From a virus, in the UHGV virus genome UHGV-1369770: a stretch of 38,283 bases of DNA; one strand, written 5' to 3'. The position numbers and the translations under genes were made by a program. The notes under the pieces were generated by a model. That model ran no database searches. It saw only the letters and a list, made by a program, of their open reading frames with translations, and was not told where the DNA came from. Shown here in pieces: positions 8,278 to 15,457 of the stretch (position 1 is the stretch's first letter; every line of letters begins with the position of its first letter).

Positions 8278-9423
8278 ATGGCAATGATAAAACAGTATCA
8301 AAAGAAAAACGGGGAGAAAGCATGGTATTTTAAGACGTACCTTGGAATTGATCCATTAACTGGAAAAAAGAGGTATACAACTAAGAGAGGTTTTCGAACG
8401 CAGAAAGAGGCAAAAATTGCCCTTGCGAGACTAGAAGTTCTAGCTACAGATAAAGAGTTATTGAAAGAGACTAGTTATACTTTTGCGCAGGTAAAAGATA
8501 TGTGGATGGAACAATACAAGCCTACGGTAAGAGAAAGCACCTATTTACGTGTTAAGTTTTTATTTGATAAAAACATTTCAGTTTATTTCGGAAATAAAAA
8601 AATCCAAAGCTATAACATAGCTTACTGCCAAGAAACTATTAATAAATGGAAAGAGCAATATTCTACCTACAAAGCTTTAAAGAGTTATACATCTGCAGTT
8701 TTTGATTATGCGAAAAAGATGAAGCTTATTAAAGATAATCCCATGAAAGAAGTGACTTTTTCAAAAGGTGATCGAAAACGTAAAAAAGATAAAATAAAGT
8801 ACTTCGAAAAAGAAGAATTACAAAATTTTCTTAAATGCTGCCAAAAAGACAAATTTCCTTTAACTTATCCTTTATTCAGGATTCTAGCTTTTACTGGAAT
8901 GCGAAAAGGAGAAGCTTTAGCTTTAACTTGGGACGATGTGGATTTTTTTAATAAAACGATTGAGATTAATAAAACAGTCGTAAGAAATTCAGATAATAAA
9001 TTAGTCACCACGCCCCCTAAAACAGATACATCTAACCGAAAAATTTCACTGGATGATGAAACGCTTAATACTTTGAGGGATTGGCAAACTCAACAAAAAA
9101 GATATTTACTTATACATGGTCAACATGTTAAAACAAAGGAACAAATAATTTTTTCTTCTAAAAATAATAACTACATCGATATAACCCGACCAAATACCGT
9201 TTTGTCTCGGATCTGTAAAGAATATGATTTTAACGACATTACAATACACGGATTTCGGCATACACATTGTAGTTTATTATTTGAAGCTGGCTTATCTGTC
9301 AAAGAAGTACAGGAAAGACTAGGACATTCAGATATTCACACAACAATGAATATTTACACACATGTAACTAAAAAACAAAAAGAAAGGTCTGCCGATAAAT
9401 TTGCAGCCTATTTAAATTTTTGA
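8278..9423 (+). CDS. int: tyrosine integrase (phage integrase family with N-terminal arm-type DNA-binding domain)
   Basis: N-terminus MAMIKQYQKKNGEKAWYFKTYLGIDPLTGKKRYTTKRGF is the AP2-like arm-binding domain. C-terminal catalytic box HGFRHTHCSLL....LGHSDIHTTMNIYTHV carries the conserved R..HxxR..Y residues. The likely start is ATG 8278 with an AAAGGGG SD; the ORF track starts at 8197. Confidence 0.9.
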   Translation: MAMIKQYQKKNGEKAWYFKTYLGIDPLTGKKRYTTKRGFRTQKEAKIALARLEVLATDKELLKETSYTFAQVKDMWMEQYKPTVRESTYLRVKFLFDKNISVYFGNKKIQSYNIAYCQETINKWKEQYSTYKALKSYTSAVFDYAKKMKLIKDNPMKEVTFSKGDRKRKKDKIKYFEKEELQNFLKCCQKDKFPLTYPLFRILAFTGMRKGEALALTWDDVDFFNKTIEINKTVVRNSDNKLVTTPPKTDTSNRKISLDDETLNTLRDWQTQQKRYLLIHGQHVKTKEQIIFSSKNNNYIDITRPNTVLSRICKEYDFNDITIHGFRHTHCSLLFEAGLSVKEVQERLGHSDIHTTMNIYTHVTKKQKERSADKFAAYLNF

Positions 9424-9452
9424 AAAGTATGGTCAAAAGTATGGTCAATAAA
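9424..9452. repeat. tandem pair of the 10-mer AGTATGGTCA (copy 1 of 2 loci)
   Basis: aaAAGTATGGTCAaaAGTATGGTCAat starts directly after the int stop codon. Confidence 0.6.
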
Positions 9453-9625
9453 ATAAAAAAAGACTAAAAACCTTTTGTATCAAGGTTTTCAGCCTATTAA
9501 AAATCGATATAATTATTTTACTGTTATGATTTTTGTACTTTTTGACGAACTCTAATTCTTTCTAGACGCTTTAATACCGGTATTTCTTTAGTTTATTTTT
9601 TTCTGACAAGTTCCACTTTTTCATA

Positions 9626-9655
9626 AAAAGTATGGTCAAAGTATGGTCATTTTAT
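9626..9655. repeat. tandem pair of the 10-mer AGTATGGTCA (copy 2), 200 bp from copy 1 and about 40 bp upstream of the moron promoter
   Basis: aaAAGTATGGTCAaAGTATGGTCAtt. Candidate arm-type Int binding sites or regulator iterons. Confidence 0.6.
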
Positions 9656-9731
9656 TAAAATAATACTTTTCTTTATAAAATCTTTATTAAGTGATAGAAT
9701 TAACTTAAATTAATAAGCAGGAGTGTATGTA

Positions 9732-10280
9732 ATGGATTGGAAAAAAATAGGTAAAAAAGCTTTCGACATTAGTAAACAGGCAACTGAAAAAGGTACGAAT
9801 TCATTCCAAGATTGGAGAAATGACCCTGAACGAATTGAGCAAAATAGATTGAAAAAAGAGTTAAAAAACTATACCCCTATAGAAAGTGATAACATTTTAT
9901 TTAATGAATTAACTAACCAATGGAATTTCAAGAAAGATAAAAAAAGTATCTACTCAAAAGATGATTTGCTCGCTTTTGAATATGTAGAAAACGACATTAG
10001 TATAACTAAAGGAGGAGCTTCGCTAGGAAGAGCTGCATTGGGTGGAGCTTTACTTGGAGGCGCTGGTGCAGTTTTAGGAGGGCTTTCTGGTAAAAAAAAG
10101 ACAAAAGAAAAAGTTAAGGGTATGAAAACCGTCGTCACTTTTAAGGTTAAAAATAAAGTTAAGACCGAGACTATTTACTACTCTACAGGATCAATTGATA
10201 AATCCAGTTTTGCTTATCAAGGATTCTTAGAAAAAGCACAAAACGATTTAGCTCTCTTAAATCTTATTTCTGATAATTAA
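9732..10280 (+). CDS. moron: glycine-zipper membrane protein (about 182 aa), candidate superinfection-exclusion or lysogenic-conversion factor
   Basis: Own promoter: TTTATA, 17 nt spacer, TAGAAT at about 9670-9699. AGGAG SD 8 nt before ATG 9732. Central GGASLGRAALGGALLGGAGAVLGGLSG glycine zipper. Own terminator. Sits between int and the att tRNA. Confidence 0.5.
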   Translation: MDWKKIGKKAFDISKQATEKGTNSFQDWRNDPERIEQNRLKKELKNYTPIESDNILFNELTNQWNFKKDKKSIYSKDDLLAFEYVENDISITKGGASLGRAALGGALLGGAGAVLGGLSGKKKTKEKVKGMKTVVTFKVKNKVKTETIYYSTGSIDKSSFAYQGFLEKAQNDLALLNLISDN

Positions 10281-10320
10281 AAAAAGGCTACCTCTCGAAA
10301 TTTGAGAAGTAGCCTTTTTA
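10279..10320. terminator. bidirectional rho-independent terminator
   Basis: AAAAAA GGCTACCTCTC GAAATTT GAGAAGTAGCC TTTTT. It ends the moron transcript on the plus strand and lies just downstream of the tRNA 3' end on the minus strand. Confidence 0.75.
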
Positions 10321-10324
10321 GCTA

Positions 10325-10398
10325 TGGACCATACAGGACTCGAACCTGTGACCTAACCGTTATGAGCGGTTGGCTTTAACCAACTGAGCTAATGGTCC
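10325..10398 (-). tRNA. tRNA-Met (anticodon CAT), 74 nt, no encoded CCA
   Basis: Folded by eye: acceptor GGACCAT/ATGGTCC, D arm GCTC..AAGC, anticodon stem AACCG/CGGTT with loop CTCATAA, T arm ACAGG TTCGAGT CCTGT. The 3' end faces the integrase, as in the 3'-end tRNA insertion pattern. Confidence 0.85.
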
Positions 10399-10428
10399 TG
10401 AAAAAAAGTAATCTTTTTAATAATTCAC

Positions 10429-10824
10429 TTAGTTCGTACCTTCGTAGTTAATATTTTCATAAATATTTAAATTGCGCGGCAAATTTAACATATCAGATAA
10501 CAATAACGATAAAGTATTTGAGGCTTTATTAATTAACGGCTCAGATAAATCTTGGAGATTTATTTTAGTATATTCAGTTAAATTTAGGTCTGCTTCTTCT
10601 TCAGCTTTTTCTAACACATGAATTGTGCCAATAACCTCAATCTCCATCAGAATATTAGTATCAACCATATAGACTTCTACTTTTACATTAACCCTATCAT
10701 TTTCTTTAAATAATATTTCATCTTCTTGTATTGATACTGCAACTTTATTTAAGTCTTCTTTATCAACATTTTCTGCATGCAATCTATTTATAACTATATT
10801 ATCTAACCGATACATATTTTTCAT
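10429..10824 (-). CDS. SecB-like chaperone of a TAC module (131 aa)
   Basis: Alternating hydrophobic beta-strand pattern (YRLDNIVINRLHAENV; VNVKVEVYMV; MEIEVIGTIHV) followed by a helix LINKASNTLSLLLSDMLNLPRNL. This resembles the SecB fold. The start overlaps the antitoxin 3' end. Assignment made by eye, not by search. Confidence 0.45.
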   Translation of the reverse strand: MKNMYRLDNIVINRLHAENVDKEDLNKVAVSIQEDEILFKENDRVNVKVEVYMVDTNILMEIEVIGTIHVLEKAEEEADLNLTEYTKINLQDLSEPLINKASNTLSLLLSDMLNLPRNLNIYENINYEGTN

Positions 10825-11275
10825 TCATTGAAACCCCATTTCTTGGTTTGAATACCGAATGCCTGATGTTCTTATTTTTTTTACAACCTGATTTATGAGT
10901 TCTAGTAGTTTTATTTTCTTCTGTTTTCAATAATACATGAAACGATAATTCGCTAGGATTAAATTCTTTTACTGATTCAAATTTTTTTGTTTCCTTATTC
11001 ATTTTTGCTTCAAATAATTCTAATATACCAAGGTTGTCTATCTTATTCATCAACTCATTATAATCCGAAAGTTTCAACTCTGCTTTTCCATACTCATAAC
11101 ATAAATATTCCTCGGGAGTTAAGTTTAGCACACGTGAAAAATCATATACATCTAATTCTTTTTCCATTCTTTTTTTTATAATTTCGATAGATAACTGTCT
11201 TGTATTTGTATACAACTCGTCATAAATTTTAGGCTGGTGTTTTTTTAATAGAGTTTCATATTTAACATAACTCAT
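10799..11275 (-). CDS. HigA-like XRE-HTH antitoxin with a long low-complexity C-terminal extension (candidate chaperone-addiction segment)
   Basis: HTH (LSIEIIKKRMEKELDVYDFSRVLNLTPEEYLCYEYGKAEL). A Lys/Asn-rich tail of about 70 aa follows it. The likely start is ATG 11275 with GGAGAG 7 nt upstream. Overlaps the toxin gene by 14 nt. Confidence 0.55.
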   Translation of the reverse strand: MSYVKYETLLKKHQPKIYDELYTNTRQLSIEIIKKRMEKELDVYDFSRVLNLTPEEYLCYEYGKAELKLSDYNELMNKIDNLGILELFEAKMNKETKKFESVKEFNPSELSFHVLLKTEENKTTRTHKSGCKKNKNIRHSVFKPRNGVSMNEKYVSVR

Positions 11276-11762
11276 GATGATTCTCTCCAATCCAAAATTT
11301 CATTTTTTCTATACTTTCTTGCATCTCGTTATCAATAAATACACTCTCTCCAGAAGCTACATTGGTAACATCGGATTCTTTTCGTCCGTCTTTTGAAAAA
11401 CCATAGGACAAAAAATATGTATTTTCTAAACAACTATTTACAAAAAATAGAATTCTATGTTTTAGGTATTCTTCATTCAATCTAATTTCATAAATACCTT
11501 CATATCCTTTGATTTGTTTTACAATTAAGGTCTCTCTGCACATTCCCATTCTATCAAACGTAGGTATTTTGATTGGGAATAAAGCTTGATTACCATTTAT
11601 ATCTATTATCGTTTTATTGTCAGAGGAATATAAAGATAAATTTTTTATAATTTGATCTAAGGTTTTGCTTACATGGTCGTCAAACTTTATTTGCGTTGAA
11701 ACAAATTTTTCAGCCAATACTAACTCATTTCTTTTGTTATTTATAATAAATATACCTTGCAT
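11262..11762 (-). CDS. HigB/RelE-superfamily (Gp49/DUF891-like) toxin (166 aa)
   Basis: C-terminal half has GIYEIRLNEEYLKHRILFFV....TYFLSYGFSKDGRK. This matches the HigB/Gp49 pattern G.YElR..g.yRi.f........lL.aF.KK. AAGGAG SD 6 nt upstream. Gene order is toxin first. Confidence 0.55.
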   Translation of the reverse strand: MQGIFIINNKRNELVLAEKFVSTQIKFDDHVSKTLDQIIKNLSLYSSDNKTIIDINGNQALFPIKIPTFDRMGMCRETLIVKQIKGYEGIYEIRLNEEYLKHRILFFVNSCLENTYFLSYGFSKDGRKESDVTNVASGESVFIDNEMQESIEKMKFWIGENHHELC

Positions 11763-11799
11763 AGGTTACTCCTTACAAATCTTTTATCATAATACCTAT

Positions 11800-11880
11800 T
11801 ACTATTAAAAATATAACACTCAACCATTTTCTATGCAATAAAAACATCGCCTACCGCCATTTGAAAAATGGCATAAAAAC
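11800..11880 (-). promoter_or_regulatory. promoter of the TAC operon plus a 17-bp perfect palindrome (candidate antitoxin operator)
   Basis: Minus strand: TTGCAT, 17 nt spacer, TATATT about 45 nt upstream of the toxin ATG. Palindrome GCCATTT-GAA-AAATGGC at 11863-11879, just upstream of the -35. Confidence 0.35.
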
Positions 11881-11968
11881 AAGTTTAAGAAGATTATTTT
11901 GCTTACAAATAAGTAAATAAGCCTAATCATAAGCTAGTTATCATATTTATTAAGTTTAATTAAATAAC

Positions 11969-11999
11969 AAAAAAAGAGCCACCTTGGGGAAGGTGACTC
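11969..11999 (-). terminator. rho-independent terminator ending the late/lysis operon
   Basis: Minus strand: GAGTCACCTT CCCC AAGGTGGCTC followed by TTTTTTT. Located 60 nt downstream of the endolysin stop. Confidence 0.7.
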
Positions 12000-12059
12000 A
12001 AGAGAAATTTAATAAGTGTAAGTTTATTCTAAACTAAGGACTAAAGAAAGACAAGTCTT

Positions 12060-13145
12060 TTAATACCCAGTACCCCACGTGTTGGTTGGGTTGCCGTCGT
12101 TTGGACCAACTGGGATATAAATCCGAGTTCCGTTTGAATCAGAACCACCTAGCCAAACATAGCCGTCTGACACATGAACCGAATCATATCTAAATTGAGA
12201 CCCCTTCGGCCATACTCCGTAAATTGGCGCATACAAACTAGATGATCCAGTACGCAACACAATGCCTTCATTTACACCAATAGTGAATGTTTTAGCTGGT
12301 GCTGGTTTACTGTTTTTCCAAAGCTCCGCAATATCGCCATCGTTCGCATAACCTAAAAGTTTACCGCTATTTTCAACACGATATAGGTTTTTACGGCCAT
12401 TTAGTTTTTGCGTAATGGTTCCAACTTGCGTCCACAGTGTATCTGCGTTGATATGCTGTGAAATTGGTGCGTCTGGATTTTTGTATATAGTAGTGAATCG
12501 GATATTTTGCCCAACTTTATATTTTGGTGCGTTCGGCTTGCCAGGGTTTACAATAACATCCGAGCCATCTTCTGGAAGTCCTGTTTGTAAATCTTGTGCA
12601 AACTGTGCCTTACTAATCCCCCAAGATGCCAAATAGCCATAAGGGTCTGTGTGATTTCCACCTAAATTGTTTGTCACCCACAAATGAGTTTTTATGCCGT
12701 AGCCTGTCGGATCGTCTAAATCAAACGTCACATTAATTTGACGTGCTAAATCACGTAATAAGTTAACGTAAGCTGCATAGTCTTTCTTAAACATAGCTTT
12801 ATCTGAAGTATTGGCTAATTCGACTTGTGCATAAGCATAAGGGTTTGCATCTCCTGCTCCCCAAGCTATACGACCGTTTTCCGCTACCTGAAGCACACGC
12901 CCCCCTCCACCTACAACATATTGCGTAAACGCTTCTTGTCGTTGCCAGTTGTTAAGCATGTTATTGGCTTCGTTTTCTACACCAGCGTCCATATTTGCAG
13001 TATCATGCGCAATGATGTATCGATTAACTGTTGATGGCCAACCTGCGTTAATATTTCCGCGGGTTTCTACTTGGTAAGCATCTACATTGATTGCGGGCAT
13101 AAAAAATAGAGCGACAAGCGCTCCAACTAAAATTTTCTTTTTCAT
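12060..13145 (-). CDS. endolysin: N-acetylmuramoyl-L-alanine amidase (Amidase_2/PGRP) with N-terminal secretion signal and C-terminal SH3-like wall-binding repeats
   Basis: MKKKILVGALVALFFMPAINVDAY signal-like N-terminus. Amidase_2 core (YIIAHDTANMDAG...GRIAWGAGDANPYAYAQVELA). C-terminal GYVWLGG...RIYIPVG SH3b-like motifs. Confidence 0.8.
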   Translation of the reverse strand: MKKKILVGALVALFFMPAINVDAYQVETRGNINAGWPSTVNRYIIAHDTANMDAGVENEANNMLNNWQRQEAFTQYVVGGGGRVLQVAENGRIAWGAGDANPYAYAQVELANTSDKAMFKKDYAAYVNLLRDLARQINVTFDLDDPTGYGIKTHLWVTNNLGGNHTDPYGYLASWGISKAQFAQDLQTGLPEDGSDVIVNPGKPNAPKYKVGQNIRFTTIYKNPDAPISQHINADTLWTQVGTITQKLNGRKNLYRVENSGKLLGYANDGDIAELWKNSKPAPAKTFTIGVNEGIVLRTGSSSLYAPIYGVWPKGSQFRYDSVHVSDGYVWLGGSDSNGTRIYIPVGPNDGNPTNTWGTGY

Positions 13146-13379
13146 TTATTTGTCTCCTTTTCTATCTGATAATCCAGGCGTTGTATGGTCTGTCACAATT
13201 CCTAAAATAGTTAATACAACAAACACTGCATTGACAACATCTAACAGCTGCTGATTAATCACATCAATTTGAAATTTATACCCAAAAGGGACTGCAACTA
13301 CTTGAACAAGTAGCAAAACTGCAGGAATAAGAGACAACCAGAATTGTTTATTTTTTATTCTTGATTTCCAATCAATCAT
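13146..13379 (-). CDS. holin (phage_holin_1 / LL-H-type), about 78 aa from the internal ATG
   Basis: MIDWKSRIKNKQFWLSLIPAVLLLVQ... matches the N-terminus of lactococcal phiLC3-type holins. GGAGG 8 nt upstream of ATG 13379. The ORF track extends to 13448, but that longer form lacks an SD. Confidence 0.65.
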   Translation of the reverse strand: MIDWKSRIKNKQFWLSLIPAVLLLVQVVAVPFGYKFQIDVINQQLLDVVNAVFVVLTILGIVTDHTTPGLSDRKGDK

Positions 13380-13596
13380 TTTTATTTCCTCCAATTCCTC
13401 GAAAGAGGGTTTTATTTTGTTCTTCCAATCGACTAATGCGCACTTCATGGTTATTTAATCGGTCAACAGCCTGTTTTAGTTCTTTCATGCTATCTTCTAA
13501 TTGAGAGAAGACATGATAGAATTTCATTAATGCGAAGATAATTCCGCTTAAAAATGTAATCACCGCTAACCATTGTTCTAGTGTTAAGTTCATCAT
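13372..13596 (-). CDS. small membrane/coiled-coil protein (XhlA-like holin-associated), 74 aa
   Basis: N-terminal TM (LEQWLAVITFLSGIIFALMKF) plus C-terminal coiled coil. Directly upstream of the holin. Confidence 0.4.
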   Translation of the reverse strand: MMNLTLEQWLAVITFLSGIIFALMKFYHVFSQLEDSMKELKQAVDRLNNHEVRISRLEEQNKTLFRGIGGNKND

Positions 13597-13616
13597 GCAC
13601 CTACTTTCTACTTACA

Positions 13617-13644
13617 ATAAAACCGCCTAGCTTTCGCTAAACGG
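13617..13644 (-). terminator. weak rho-independent terminator after the receptor-binding protein gene
   Basis: Minus strand: CCGTTTAGC GAAA GCTAGGCGG then TTTTATT. The stem has a 2-nt internal mismatch. Confidence 0.4.
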
Positions 13645-13666
13645 CTATATTTGTATTATTCATTAA

Positions 13667-15457
13667 TTATGCTAACGATCCATCAGGCAATCTGTTAAGA
13701 ATTGAAACAGAACCGCCATTTAAAGAACCTTCATTCGGGAAAGGATCTTTAGTCAGCCAAGAACCTTGTACATAAGTATTTCCATTGTGTGCACTACCAA
13801 ACCGGATATCTTGTGGAGATCCCTCTACAATTGCCATGTAATTTTTAGCTGCTGATTGTGCGAATGACCATTGTGATACTGACAAGCTATTATTAAAATA
13901 CGTATTTGAGATTAAATCGCCAAGCGTTCTAAAACCCATTGGCAAATCATAAATAACCGGCATATCATTACCAAATTTAGTATAATCATTAACATTTATA
14001 CGCATATTGAAAAATACCGTATTTCCTACTCTAAAGATGTCTACTTTACTTTCCGTTGCATTGATCGCATCTTTTGCTGCCTGAACTTTATTAGACAAAT
14101 CCAAAGAAGTTCGTAAATAACGATAAACTTTGTTTTCTGCTAGTATATCTTCAGTCGATGCAATTTTTGTCCAATTAGTCCAGGTTGCAGGACTTCCTTG
14201 ACGACTACGGGTATACGTTTCGCCTTTATAGATATAAGTTTGATTGATGAACGTATTATCTGCATATACAACAAGTACACCGTACACAGCCCCGTCATAA
14301 GGCCTATTAATTCCTGAAGCACCAAACACTGTGTAAATACCTTTATCTAAAATCTCATTCCAATTTTGCGCTTTAATTACTGTCTTTTTAGAAACTAATG
14401 CTCCATTTTCTATATCAGTTAAGTTTACAACACTGTCTGTAGTAGCCAAAATTTTGAACGGACTATTTTGAGAAGAATTAGGAGAAGTCGTTCTAAATGC
14501 AATTAAAGGTGTTGTTAACGAATTCATTCTAATTTCTTGATACATAGATCCTGCAGTGCCCGCAATGGCATGTTGATAAACATATAGAGCAGAATATTTA
14601 AATTCAGGTGGCAAATCTGCTTTGTCAGTCATTGTTCCCGCAACTATAGCATTTAGATAATAAAAACCAGCATAACCTGATAATTCTTTAAATGAAGTTA
14701 CTCCCTTTGGCAAAGGCAGACCTGAACCATCATCATTAGTTAGCTTTTTATTTTGAATGTCAAGGTTTTCCGTCTTACTTAAAAATCTATTATCAGCTTC
14801 CTGCTTCGTATAGAAGTTTCCCTCTTTAAACTTTTCAAGTGCTGCATCAACTTCATCTGTTACTGACTTCCCAATGGCTGAAATGCGACCTTCTGCATCT
14901 ACCAATATATCTGTTATTTGTTTTTTTAGCGTATTTAAATCTACCTTGATCGCTTCAATACGTTTTTCAACATCATCATAGTCAGTATTCATTTTATTTA
15001 GTGCAGCTTGATATGCTTCATTCAAAGCTTTTACAAGTTTATTGTATTCAGTAATAATTGTTTCAGCTTCTCCGGCATCAATGTCAGCATTTCCTTTAAC
15101 AATGATTTTAAAGTCTCCCGTAGTGTCTCTTTTCCCGTCTTTTTGAAACGAAAAATATGCCCTTTTGTACGTCCCTTCTACGCTAAACGCTGCACTAGGA
15201 AACGTGTATTCAAATGTTCCTTTTTGCAATCCAGCGTTATTGGAAGAAACGTTTTCAGAATCAAAAACTTTCACTTTTCCGCCTGCAGGTTCTCCCTCAA
15301 AGGTGATGATTCCACCCGATAAATCTGCTATCTCATCTCGTCGAGAAATTTTCACAGTAATTGTTTGCATTTTTTCATCGCCAACACGACCATAAATAAT
15401 TGGTGGCATGATTGGATCCTTTGAAAAATCGAGATTTAATATCTTATTCGCCATCAA
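13667..15457 (-). CDS. receptor-binding / baseplate upper protein (BppU-like N-terminal domain) tail fibre
   Basis: 596 aa. The N-terminus MMANKILNLDFSKDPIMPPIIYGRVGDEKMQTITVKISRRDEIADLSGGIITFEG matches the BppU_N pattern of TP901-1-type baseplates. It is the last tail gene before lysis. Confidence 0.6.
   Translation of the reverse strand: MMANKILNLDFSKDPIMPPIIYGRVGDEKMQTITVKISRRDEIADLSGGIITFEGEPAGGKVKVFDSENVSSNNAGLQKGTFEYTFPSAAFSVEGTYKRAYFSFQKDGKRDTTGDFKIIVKGNADIDAGEAETIITEYNKLVKALNEAYQAALNKMNTDYDDVEKRIEAIKVDLNTLKKQITDILVDAEGRISAIGKSVTDEVDAALEKFKEGNFYTKQEADNRFLSKTENLDIQNKKLTNDDGSGLPLPKGVTSFKELSGYAGFYYLNAIVAGTMTDKADLPPEFKYSALYVYQHAIAGTAGSMYQEIRMNSLTTPLIAFRTTSPNSSQNSPFKILATTDSVVNLTDIENGALVSKKTVIKAQNWNEILDKGIYTVFGASGINRPYDGAVYGVLVVYADNTFINQTYIYKGETYTRSRQGSPATWTNWTKIASTEDILAENKVYRYLRTSLDLSNKVQAAKDAINATESKVDIFRVGNTVFFNMRINVNDYTKFGNDMPVIYDLPMGFRTLGDLISNTYFNNSLSVSQWSFAQSAAKNYMAIVEGSPQDIRFGSAHNGNTYVQGSWLTKDPFPNEGSLNGGSVSILNRLPDGSLA

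Noticed and set aside
9424-9655. The AGTATGGTCA repeats as a CRISPR array
   Set aside because: Only four copies of a 10-mer in two tandem pairs. There are no regularly spaced unique spacers and no cas genes.
9950-10138. Minus-strand 62-aa ORF inside the moron
   Set aside because: Antisense translation of the glycine-zipper coding segment (Pro/Ala-rich mirror).
13146-13448. 100-aa version of the holin ORF starting at 13448
   Set aside because: Overlaps the upstream gene by 77 nt. The internal ATG at 13379 has a GGAGG SD and yields the canonical holin N-terminus.
14140-15395. ORFs 14140..14325(-), 15008..15322(+), 15165..15395(+) within the receptor-binding protein gene
   Set aside because: Alternative-frame or antisense ORFs inside a long well-supported gene.
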